A stretch of DNA of 63,664 nt, the filler included, from Olpidium bornovanus S191 (lineage: Eukaryota > Fungi > Olpidiomycota): the NCBI GenBank assembly GCA_017911155.1. It is 31 parts of 31 records of this genome, joined end to end, with 100 filler letters (N's around TTAATTAATTAA, not from the genome) between each part and the next. Parts side by side here need not be neighbours in the genome. Positions count along the whole stretch, not along the records: positions 50,781 to 52,048 come from JAEFCI010005268.1; positions 52,149 to 55,368 come from JAEFCI010002184.1; positions 55,469 to 56,985 come from JAEFCI010007401.1; positions 57,086 to 58,281 come from JAEFCI010011397.1; positions 58,382 to 61,215 come from JAEFCI010000836.1; positions 61,316 to 62,419 come from JAEFCI010000323.1; positions 62,520 to 63,664 come from JAEFCI010010784.1; 24 more parts are not named here. The stretch is one strand, 5' to 3'. This document shows positions 51,572 to 63,664 of the stretch, in pieces (the stretch's first letter is position 1; each line of letters starts with the position of its first letter). Under the pieces are notes generated by a model, which had not been told where the DNA came from, searched no databases, and saw only the letters and a list, made by a program, of their open reading frames with translations. The position numbers and the translations under genes were made by a program.

Positions 51572-51703
51572 TGTAGAGGAACGTCGAGGTTGTTGTGTGT
51601 ATTAAGAAGAGAGACCGCGAGACAGAGAGAAAGAGAGAGAGAGAGAGCCGGGCGGGGGTTGATATAGAGGATCAAGGACGGTTCACTACAATCCCCCCCC
51701 TCT
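51572..51703 (-). mobile_element. Short (119 bp) 3' LTR preceded by a polypurine tract
   Basis: Minus strand: PPT AGAGGGGGGGGA (51703-51692), then TGTAG...CTACA (51690-51572) with a TATA-like TCTATAT inside. Confidence 0.7.
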
Positions 51704-54230
51704 ACGGAAAGCACGTCCCGTGCGTAAGTCGAATCAAATTAAAAAAACGGGGAGCTAGCCGCACTAAAAAACCCAACCCGCCCTCTCCTTTTTGCCCGGG
51801 AGGGAAAAACCATACTAGCGGGAGACGGAGCTAATCGACGGGGAGAGAACTTGCGCTGGTCAACGAAAACTTGGCAACTGCTCAATGCAAGGTAAGCAGA
51901 TCGAAGCACCAAGCGACCAGAAAACCACTCGACCAGCCATCGAGAGACGACGATGGGAAGGACGAGAAGCCATCGAGACGGGAATCCGTGACCACTCCGA
52001 CGTGGGAACTCGAAGGATCAGGTGGCCAAACCGTCACCCGCAAGACCCNNNNNNNNNNNNNNNNNNNNNNNNNNNNNNNNNNNNNNNNNNNNTTAATTAA
52101 TTAANNNNNNNNNNNNNNNNNNNNNNNNNNNNNNNNNNNNNNNNNNNNATCAACACCGCCCGCTCTTTGCACCTCGTGATGCCCTGGAGGGAAGAAAAAA
52201 CGCGCCGCGCCTTCGGTCGGCACATATGGATCGCCTTGGCGGGGCGGTTCGCAGACGAGAGGGCACATGTTCGAGGCGTCTGGACGCTGGTGTCGTCGCT
52301 GACGGTTCTGCGCCCCTCCCCCTTCCCCCCATCTCCCCTGCAGCCGGGCCGGGACGCCGCTTATCTTATGCGCAACTTGGAAGCCGTTCAGCTTGCCCGC
52401 TCTGATAAACTGGACGCGTCGGCCCCTCAGTTCTGCCCGGCGCGCCAACCGCCGATCCGCGCGACGGGCCCAGCCCAACGAGGTCTCGCTCCAGACGGCG
52501 CTCGCCGCCCTGTGCATGTACTTTGTCACGCCGAAATCCATGAATGAATCGGAAATTGGAGCGTCGACGGGAATGTCGGGACACATTTTGGGATTGACCC
52601 GGCCGGCGGCAGCGGAATCCTGGGCAATGCACGCGCCACCAAGATTCGTGCATGCAGGGGCGGAGGAATCACTGGCAGCAGTGTTCTTGGCTTCAGCAAT
52701 GATCGGGCAATTGATGTACCGGTTTCAGGACGCATCATTGCAGGCAATGCAGACTGGGCCTTCTCACAAACCATTAGTGCAGATAGTGCAGACTGGGCCT
52801 TCTCAAAAACATCGAACAGTCTGTGGCGGAGCTTCCCTGCAGGCGTTCCTCGAACCCCTTCCCTTCCCCTCTGTCCCCCCCAACCCGCTCCGGCCCCTGC
52901 AGTCCCATAAAACACACACCAGAGCCCGACAATTCCTCGGCATCATAAACCCGCCGCGCTGTCCATTGTGACAACTTCGCGACGCAAACATTCCGCAAAT
53001 GTTTTCACCGGACAGCTAGGCCTTGCTTCGCAGCCGTGATCTTGTCGTCCGCTTCGGCCAACAGTTTGTCCCAGGTCAAAAAAATTCGGGCAACAAATGG
53101 ATCTGCCGTTCAAAGCGGCAGAAAAAAAAAGCGTGAGCGACGGCGAATTTTCCTCAAAGAAAACAAGGGTGAGGGAAACGAGAGAAGGGGAGACAGAGAG
53201 AAAGAGGCACGGGACCCATTATGCTCCGCCGATAAACCGTCAGGGGACGTGAGGCCCTGTCGACCCCTTCCGACGCAGTGGCCGTCTGGCCCGCGTGAGC
53301 TACCTCGGCGTCCGCGAGGAGCGGGACGAAAGTTTCCAGCGCTGTGCGTAATTCGCAGACGGTACGTGACGTGTGGCGAAACCGCCTCCCATCCCCTCAT
53401 CTATCCCCTCCCCCCCCCCTTCCGCCACCCATTCATGCCACCCCGTCTCCATATTCCGGAATCTTTTCCCGCCCATTATCTCCGAAAAGCCCCCCGCACC
53501 TCGGCACCCCTTCCTCCTTCCCACCCACGGGCGCCCAGCAAAGGCAACCCGTTTTTCCCTGGCCGCGCACCTTGAAACTCCTTCGGGTTAACAAACACGG
53601 CGAGCCGGTCGATCTCGCGCAGCGAGCGGCGTGCCGTTGTGGGAAGAGTTTTTTTCACTTCTAAGTCCGGAATGACTTGTGGAAGAATTTCCACTTTTAC
53701 GTCCGGAATAACTTGACAAGACTGGCTCCGATAGGACCAGAGAATACGCCAGGGGCGCAAAAAGAGGGAACGTCGGAGGACCGACAATGCGGGTCGGAGA
53801 AAAGGGCGGTTGGTAATACCGGTTCATTCCAACGAGCAAGCAAGGTGCGGGGGCAAAATAACGCGCGGGCGATGACGCGGGATAAGAGAGATTAATAAGG
53901 TTGCGTCGGTTGAGAGGAACGAGATAGAACGAGGAACGAAGAGGGAAACAGAAGATCCCCGCCAGGTGTATTTAGCTCCCCCAGCCCTCTTCGACATTTG
54001 TGAATAAGTAGCAAAAAATTCAGAACGGCACTACAAATCGCTGCGAGTTTCCCGCGAGAGAAGAGCTCCCCGCCAGAGAAGAAAGAGCGAGAAAGACTGG
54101 AGAGTAGAGTGTTAAGCGGGAAGACCCACACGCGTAGAACAAAGGAAGAGAAAGGGGAGTCCCGAGGATAATTGCAAAAAAAAAGTTGCCCATTTCTCTT
54201 CGTTGTTCCGCTTGGGACAAGGCCTGGGGT

Positions 54231-54600
54231 TTAACGACTGGCGGCCGACGACAAAACTTGAGTCCAGCCCGGGACCGCCACTTTGTTGAGTCGGAAACCC
54301 AGATCTTTTCGCAGCGTCGTAGGCGTGTGCTCTTTCTGACTCTCCCGTGCCGGACGTACGGAGAGCTCATGGTATGCTGTATGCCTGCTGTATTCGTCCT
54401 GCGTTGAGCACCGTGCTCGCGCAGAGCTGTGGGCGTCCCTCATCCATGGTTGATTTCCCTTCCACGGTTCTTTTGCGAACGGGGAGGAGACTGTGGTTCT
54501 TTTTTCGAGGTTTTCTTCTTTGACAGGGAGTCTTCGGTTTGGGCTCATAACCTGTTGTTGAGTAGAGCGCCACTGGGGGTCGTCACGGCGACGAGAAGAA
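54231..54600 (-). mobile_element. Copia-type LTR end + PBS + decayed 5' internal region
   Basis: Minus strand ...CTCAACAACA then GGTTATGAGCCCA (54552-54540). The sequence just downstream (AACCG...CTCCCTGTC) resembles that of the element at 2401. Confidence 0.8.
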
Positions 54601-55499
54601 ATCGTACGAAATAGTTTCGTCTGTCTGTATTCGAGCCACCTACTCTAGGCCTCTTTTATGGCAACGCGACAGGGATTCAACGGCTAGGGGAAAGGGGGTT
54701 GGAGCGCGTGGTGTCGCTCCGTCAGGGACACTCGGGGGAGAGGGGGGGGGAGTGCGGGATGGCGAGATGACAGGATGGCTGACGGACGGACGGTCGGACG
54801 GTGCTGGCGGACGTCAGTTGGCAGCTGGCGGGCGTCCGAAAGCGAACGTCGGGCGCCGTTGGTTCTGCTTTGCAGACAGGCAATTCCGCCGGGAATGCAT
54901 CAGAACGCCAACTCGCCGACCACGGTCTCACTGCTACTGAGCCGAAAACTGGAGCGGTCTCCCCCTTATCTGATGCCTGGCCGTCTCTCGGTCGCTCTGG
55001 CTATGCGCAGAACAGTCAGCTTTCTCCCGGGTTTGCCCACGTGGCGGACGGGATTTTGGCGGGCGGGGCGGGGCGGGACGGGGCGGGGCGGGGCGGGCGG
55101 CGGTGGCGGCGGGGGCCACACCCGGCGAGAGAACCCGCCGCCGCACCGGAAACACAGGCAATCATCCTCTGAGGAACGAAAACGAAAAGCCAGCAGACCC
55201 CTCCACCACCCCCCGGTGTTACGGCGGCGGCGGTAAATTTCCCTTCTGGGCCCGAAAATTTCGCCGGCGGAACAAAAAAAAAAAAACGTTGACGCGTACC
55301 GTGGGACACTGAAACGGGGGTCGTCGTCAAAGGAATAATGAAGCCGAATTTAATGTCACGAGGCACGCNNNNNNNNNNNNNNNNNNNNNNNNNNNNNNNN
55401 NNNNNNNNNNNNTTAATTAATTAANNNNNNNNNNNNNNNNNNNNNNNNNNNNNNNNNNNNNNNNNNNNCATGCCGAGCACCGTCCTGAACTTTACAGAT

Positions 55500-56450
55500 A
55501 ACACGGCTAACCTTTTGAAATATCACTTTGTTTTATGGCTTCGTTAAAAGGTCAGACGTGTTATCTGCAAAGGCAACGCGCTCGATCTGGATCTCTTCAT
55601 CATTGAGACACTGCCTCAGATGATGAAAGATATCGATGTGCTTAAAGATCTCTTCAATACCTTGATGTCACCCGCTAGCTCGGCAATCCCAGGGTTATCG
55701 ATATAGAAGGGCAATGGTCCCTTGGTCGACGCTGCCGAGGAGCGACCTTAGCCATTTCATTTCCTGTGCTGCTGCGGAGCCGGCGACGAACTCGGCCTCG
55801 CATGACAATGTGGCCACGCATCTTTGTTGAGCTGATCATCAAGAAATCGGTCCTCCGTTGTACATGGCCACGAATCCGGCGGTCGACGCGCGGGTCTCGC
55901 GGCACCCTGCCCAGTCTGAGTCGCGGTACATATCGGCTGTGTCGAGTTTCCTTGGTTTGTCGTAGCGAATTCCGAGGTGCGCCGTTCCTGTAAAGTACCG
56001 CATTACCCGTTTTTCGTCATTGCCCAATGTCGCGTTGTCGGCTTGGCGCAGAAGCGCGCAAGGATTGATACGGCGAACACGAGATCCGGTCGCGTCATGG
56101 AGGGCAAGCAAAGAAGCAAGCCAATGACCTCCGTGTGTCTTGCCGTATCTGTATCGAATGTCTCTCGGGCCACGAAAATTTTTATGGCTCCGCGTTCCAG
56201 GGGTGTGCTCACCGGGTTCGCCTCCAGCAAACCGTGCTTCGTGAGCAGTTGAATGGCGTAGTGCGCTTGATCGATGGTTATAGACCTGTTCAGCCCCTTT
56301 GTAATTCTGATACCGAGTACGAAGGACAATCCCTTCCATCTGACATCTTGAACTTGCTAGCAAGCTTTCCTTTTCGAGCTGTGCGGTTGGTTCTACTTCT
56401 GGCCCGGCGATGACGGCGTCGTCAACGTATATGGCGACGACAATCCTTGC
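55500..56450 (-). pseudogene. Ty1/copia pol remnant (reverse transcriptase + RNase H), frameshifted
   Basis: IVVAIYVDDAVIAG, FVLGIRI, IDQAHYA, TRPDLVFAVSILARF, DSDWAGCRETRASTAG, KHIDI.FHHLR, DNTSDLLTKP*; split across frames with stops. Confidence 0.95.
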
Positions 56451-56854
56451 CGCTGATATATTTATTCCAGTTGCATCGCCCTGATCCTAGCTCTCTCCCC
56501 GGGCTGGCCGCAGCTCCCTTGAGCAGCTCCGCCGTGAGGAAGCCTCGGCCGCTCGCGCCGCGTCTCGCCGTCTTCGTCGCGCCCCGCCTGCGGCGGCGCA
56601 TGTTCTTTCCTGTCTGTGCTGGCTGCTAAGGTTGGCCGGGGCGCGACCGATTCCGGCCGTAGGTTTGGCTCGTTTCACCTCCCCGGGCTGCAAACTCCCC
56701 CGCGCGGGAAATTCGAGGAAGGTCTCGAGTCAGCCGCCGCCGCCGCGACCTCGCCGCGGAGCGCTAGTCACCCGCCGACCGGGCGCCGCCGCTTCTCGGG
56801 CCGCCGCCGTCGCCTCCTCGCCATCTCACGTGGCCACCCTCCGCCAAGAGGGGA

Positions 56855-56892
<38 letters not shown>

Positions 56893-57085
56893 CTCCCTCC
56901 CCCCCCCCCCCCCCTCGCCCTTCCCCACCCACCCGCGCCTCCCAACCCCCTGGGAAGGCAACACACAACGAAGCCAACTTCCCGANNNNNNNNNNNNNNN
57001 NNNNNNNNNNNNNNNNNNNNNNNNNNNNNTTAATTAATTAANNNNNNNNNNNNNNNNNNNNNNNNNNNNNNNNNNNNNNNNNNNN

Positions 57086-58040
57086 CATGATCTTGCAGCG
57101 CCTTGATCACCTCGTCGAGCTCCGCCGCTTCTTGAGGTGACATTAAGGCAGCGGGCACGCTCTTCGCCACATCCACAACGACAGAGGTTACCGCCGGCTT
57201 TCTCGGCGAGTTTTCCAAGTGCACCGGACCAAAAGCTGGCCGCGGCCAAAAGTTTTCACCGACGAGCGAAATCGGTTACGGGGTGCGCGCGTCCAAAACG
57301 GGGAAAGGTCGCCGCTAAACCGCTTCATTTTGCTCACCCCGGTCGATTTCTTCCTCGAACATTTTCCACTTGCAGCAGTCGGGCCTTTCCGGATCACGGT
57401 AGCGATCAGCCAAGGCCTCGTACTTGACGCTCTGCAGCCCGAGACTCATCTGATTCAAGCCGCGGATGAACTCGTCGCGTTTGATCGATCCGCGCCGCAG
57501 GCGGTCGAAGTCGCGGAAAAACTCGCTGACCCGCGCGCGCCGGGACACCACCAGGTAACGTATGTTTTGGATCGTGAGGTCCGGGTCCGCGCCGCTTTTG
57601 AAGTACTGGTCTGCCGACGGCGCCGCCGCCTGGTGTGTCCCCTTCGCTTCGGCCGGACTGGTGGTTGTGACTTGGTGCTTCTCGTACTCTGTACCGTGAC
57701 GAGGGACGCAAATGTTCTGAATTGGCTGATACGCCATTGTCTGCATTGAACTCAATCCTTACCAGCGGCGTCAACGTCCTTCAAAAATGTTTTGTAGTTG
57801 AGCAGTCCCCGTTGATGGTCAAGGTACTTTTTGTAAAGAACATGAAGATCCATTTCCGGCAGCTTCAGGTTGAGCATTGACAAGACCCGGCAAAAGTGGG
57901 AGAATGTGACATATCCCGTAAAGCAGTCCTTGAAGAACGGCAAAAGCATGATTCGCCGAGTCTCGACTTCATGCCTGAGGTAGTCGATAATTTTGTGGTA
58001 TCGATTTTCTTCTTCAGCAGAAAGGATGTTGGATGGCTGT
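57086..58040 (-). CDS. Multi-EF-hand-like protein, internal fragment
   Basis: Repeated units: LRHEVETRRIMLLPFFKD..TGYVTFSHFCRVL...LNYKTFLKDVD and VVSRRARVSEFFRDFDRLRRGSIKRDEFIRGL...CKWKMFEEEID. Confidence 0.75.
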
Positions 58041-58381
58041 GGACGTCCAGGAACGCCGCATCATGCGGCCAGTGGTGTCAGATGCAGATGGGCAACAGCT
58101 GCCAGACTCCCTTGGCTTGCAGACTTTAGATTTTGGTACCTCTTCCCGAATGTTTACTCACATGATATAGAAACGCTGCAGACGGCGGATGGACGTCCAT
58201 CAAGGGATTCTGCTCCAGTCCGTTGAACGTAAATACGGTATCAATGGACGAGCAAAACCGTCGGTAATAGACGCGAGCGCCNNNNNNNNNNNNNNNNNNN
58301 NNNNNNNNNNNNNNNNNNNNNNNNNTTAATTAATTAANNNNNNNNNNNNNNNNNNNNNNNNNNNNNNNNNNNNNNNNNNNN

Positions 58382-60904
<2,523 letters not shown>

Positions 60905-61160
60905 CTTTAAGAACGTGGCAAATAATATAACGGAGCACGGCTTAAACAGACTGCCGACCGACTGCGCAACGGCTCGCGGGCCTAGGACGAGAAAACAGAC
61001 CACCGTCGCCGGCAACACCGCCCAGGCCTGCCTGTCGCGCGCCAAAAAAAAAAAACGGCTGGCCCCGACAGCGCGCAGAAAAGCCGCCAAGTCCATGGCG
61101 CGGAGAAGTTGATCGGATGGTTCGTCCGGCCCCCTCTTTCCCCCTTCCAGCCAGCAAAAA

Positions 61161-61192
<32 letters not shown>

Positions 61193-61739
61193 AAAAGAAA
61201 CACCCCCCCCCCCCCNNNNNNNNNNNNNNNNNNNNNNNNNNNNNNNNNNNNNNNNNNNNTTAATTAATTAANNNNNNNNNNNNNNNNNNNNNNNNNNNNN
61301 NNNNNNNNNNNNNNNCATGGGAACGAAGCTGGGGGGCGCCAATCCAGCTGAAATTTATCTCCTCCGCAATTCCTCGCATTCTTTTCTTTCTTCTTTTTTT
61401 TCCTTCAAGTTTAGAATATTCAGACATCAAATCCTCCAGAACTTCTCCGAATTGCACTCTGTACCTTTTCTTTGTCCGACCCACTTATCCACATTCTCGC
61501 TCGAGGGGGGTTATGGCATATATATGGTAGAATTTCGAGCGCGAATACAAACCGCAACCCGGCGGAATTCTTAAAACACAACCGCAAAACGCGTGCCGTA
61601 ACACCCCTCCCACTTTTCGTCTTCCGAAAAGTCAAAACAAACCGAAGCGCGCTCTTGCCGAGCTTAAATCTTGGCAGAGATAAAAGGCGAGCGTCGCCTC
61701 TGGCGTGGCGCCCTCCGCAGACACTCACCGTATAGCAAG

Positions 61740-62419
61740 TGTTGACGGACCTTTTTTTTGTGTTGGTCACATGACTCTGATTTCGGGTGATCCCAGCCAA
61801 GCAGGGCTTCTCAAGCTGCCCTCCATAGTCGTTCTACCATACACAATAAAAAAATAAAACAAAACCAGCGTACACCACTGTCCTCTGAGCCGCTCAGCTC
61901 CGAGGTTATGAGCCCAAAGACTCTCTGAGAGACCTCAATTACTCCTCCTTTCCTGTCAAGTACGGGGCCGGCCGGAAGGCGACGGGTTTGAGGAACTCGT
62001 TGTCCGGAGCGTACCCTGGTTTGTTTACGTGTTTTCTCCGAACTTCTCTCCTCGACAACGAGCTCAACCTTCGATCTCGGATCGACCATGACCGTTGGGA
62101 GGAGCCCTTCCCCCCGCGCGCTTGCGGCCAGGGAGGACGCGGCGTGCCTCGGCGGCTGCGTTACGAAGAACTCTCAGCTTGGCCTTGGCCACGCCTCTGC
62201 CACTCGTGAGAAAAGAAAAGCAGCGGCGGAGTCGGGCACGTCGTCCGGTCCGGAGAAGCCCGGACCGAAAAGCGCTGTGCAGCCGACCCTGCTTCCATCC
62301 TCAGCTCCACAAGCCGTGGAACGCCTCGAGCCTCAGGGAACCAGCGCTTCTGGCTCCCCGGCCATCGAGAAGAACACTTCCGAGTTCGTTTCGGCCAAAG
62401 AAGTTCGTCGTATGTTCGA
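61740..62419 (+). mobile_element. Probable copia-type 5' end: candidate LTR, PBS and possible gag start
   Basis: GGTTATGAGCCCA at 61904-61916. Upstream TGTTG (61740) and AATAAA motifs, but the base pair before the PBS is GA rather than CA. ORF from 62088 runs off the contig. Confidence 0.55.
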
Positions 62420-62574
62420 NNNNNNNNNNNNNNNNNNNNNNNNNNNNNNNNNNNNNNNNNNNNTTAATTAATTAANNNNNNNNNNNNNNNNNNNNNNNNN
62501 NNNNNNNNNNNNNNNNNNNGCATGCTGCCAGTCCTCAAACTACTACGACGCACGGCGAGCCACCACTCCCCACA

Positions 62575-63162
62575 ATGGCGATGCTGCTGCCAACGAGCTA
62601 CGCTGCGGCGTCGCCAACTTCGCCGGCGAAAACCACCGCGAGTACTGCAACCGTTCCGCCAGACCCTTTCGCGTTTTTGGCGCCGGGGTTGCCTACGTCA
62701 TCCTCTTCAACAAAAGGCGGTTGGCAAGTTTTGCCCTCGGGTGCAAGTCTCACCTTAAACGCACTCAGGAACAGTTCTGCTGTGAAGAATCAACCCGTTG
62801 GCGGCGAAGCTGTCGGTTTCCCTCCGGAATTGAACAGCGGCAGTGAACCCAATGAGGGAAGGTTAGACGAAATGCGACTTGAATCGTTTAACAAGAAGTA
62901 CCCGCCACCCGCCTCGCTGGACGCTCTGGTCTTCCCTACGGGAAATCAGGCCTCCGCTAGTCCGAATAGGCCCTCAGCAGCACAAACTGCAGCAGGAGAC
63001 AGCCTACTGCCGACAGCGACGTTCAGTAATGGTGAACGCAGGAGTTTCGAATGCAGGCCAAGCAAGCCGCCTGTCGGGCCGCTCGTACAGTCGCCGTCCC
63101 CCTCCCTGCCTACCGCGGGAATAGTTTGGCAGAACAACAATCGGCGGCCGCCTGGACCTTGA
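62575..63162 (+). CDS. Hypothetical Ser/Pro/Thr-rich protein, probably a terminal exon
   Basis: 195-codon ORF with one DPF motif; no catalytic motif recognised. Confidence 0.4.
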   Translation: MAMLLPTSYAAASPTSPAKTTASTATVPPDPFAFLAPGLPTSSSSTKGGWQVLPSGASLTLNALRNSSAVKNQPVGGEAVGFPPELNSGSEPNEGRLDEMRLESFNKKYPPPASLDALVFPTGNQASASPNRPSAAQTAAGDSLLPTATFSNGERRSFECRPSKPPVGPLVQSPSPSLPTAGIVWQNNNRRPPGP

Positions 63163-63500
63163 GACCGCCACCCCGCGGGAAGCAAACGCCGGACCATCTG
63201 AAGCCCGGTCACCGTCTCTCGAATTTTGCTGGTGAATGGGAAGTAAAGGGATGGCGGACACGTGCACAAAGTGGAACAGACAGGTTGAAGCGGCAGCATG
63301 CTGGGCCTCGAGACGCGAAGCTGCTCATTGCGTGCGAACGCTATTTGATCCTACTCGGCTTGGATTTCTCATCCGCAATGCCAAAGAATACCTAGACAGT
63401 GATGAGATTCCACCCCCCCACCCTCCGTTCCATCCGCCGCCAATCATGTCGCGTTTGAATAATGCCACCGATATATTACCTATTTAAGTTTATTGGTCTG

Positions 63501-63664
63501 GGGTTTTTGCTGTTCACGCGAGAAACAGCCCGGCTGGTGTTTCCAAACCAGCACGTGGAGGGTTGGATTTTCGACATTGAAGTGCTCCTCCTGGCTCGGC
63601 GTTTCGGCTTGCCTGCGGTCAAGGTCCCGTTACTTGGCACGAGGTTGACGGCTCGAAGATGAGA
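63501..63664 (+). pseudogene. ALG5: Dolichyl-phosphate beta-glucosyltransferase (Alg5) fragment, apparently disrupted
   Basis: [32 protein letters not shown]...VKVP, then [11 protein letters not shown] only after a 1-nt frameshift. The conserved upstream DTQC is absent and GFKLF reads GFLLF. Confidence 0.7.

Noticed and set aside
52748-52812. Two copies of TGCAGACTGGGCCTTCTCA(C/A)AAA 39 bp apart, CRISPR-like
   Set aside because: Only two units, short spacer, eukaryotic context, no cas genes; a local duplication.

Overview
This is not one genomic locus. It is 31 short, unrelated contigs (about 0.9-3.8 kb) joined by artificial 100-nt spacers (N-run + TTAATTAATTAA + N-run). The DNA is GC-rich, intron-dense eukaryotic sequence with GT-AG introns and CTRAC branch sites. 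Gene content points to an early-diverging, possibly zoosporic fungus (GDP-L-fucose synthase, malonyl-CoA decarboxylase, a multi-EF-hand protein, fungal-type Vps17/Mob2/Hos2/Nar1); an Olpidium-like draft is a guess I cannot verify. Recognisable genes, mostly partial: GDP-fucose synthase, UGA1, HIS5, CDC21, CNT, MOB2, VPS17, PIG-X/PBN1, NAR1, MIP1, MLYCD, HOS2, a GPI-anchored protein, CGI121, a Chk2-like SCD-FHA protein, RRP42, RFA3, GPX, GSY, VMA1 and an ALG5 fragment. There are also copia, gypsy and pogo remnants. No rRNA, tRNA or CRISPR array was found by eye. Most notable: (1) three unrelated copia-type elements share a half-tRNA(iMet) primer site; (2) a spliceosomal intron lies 1 nt from the VMA1 intein insertion site; (3) a large prion-like protein ends in a minimal LSm-like domain; (4) a perfect 20-bp AT-rich inverted repeat; (5) about a third of contig ends are at CATG and one tandem duplication joins exactly at CATG, so digest/ligation chimeras are likely. 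I found no convincing novel multi-gene system, and gene adjacency across spacers carries no meaning.
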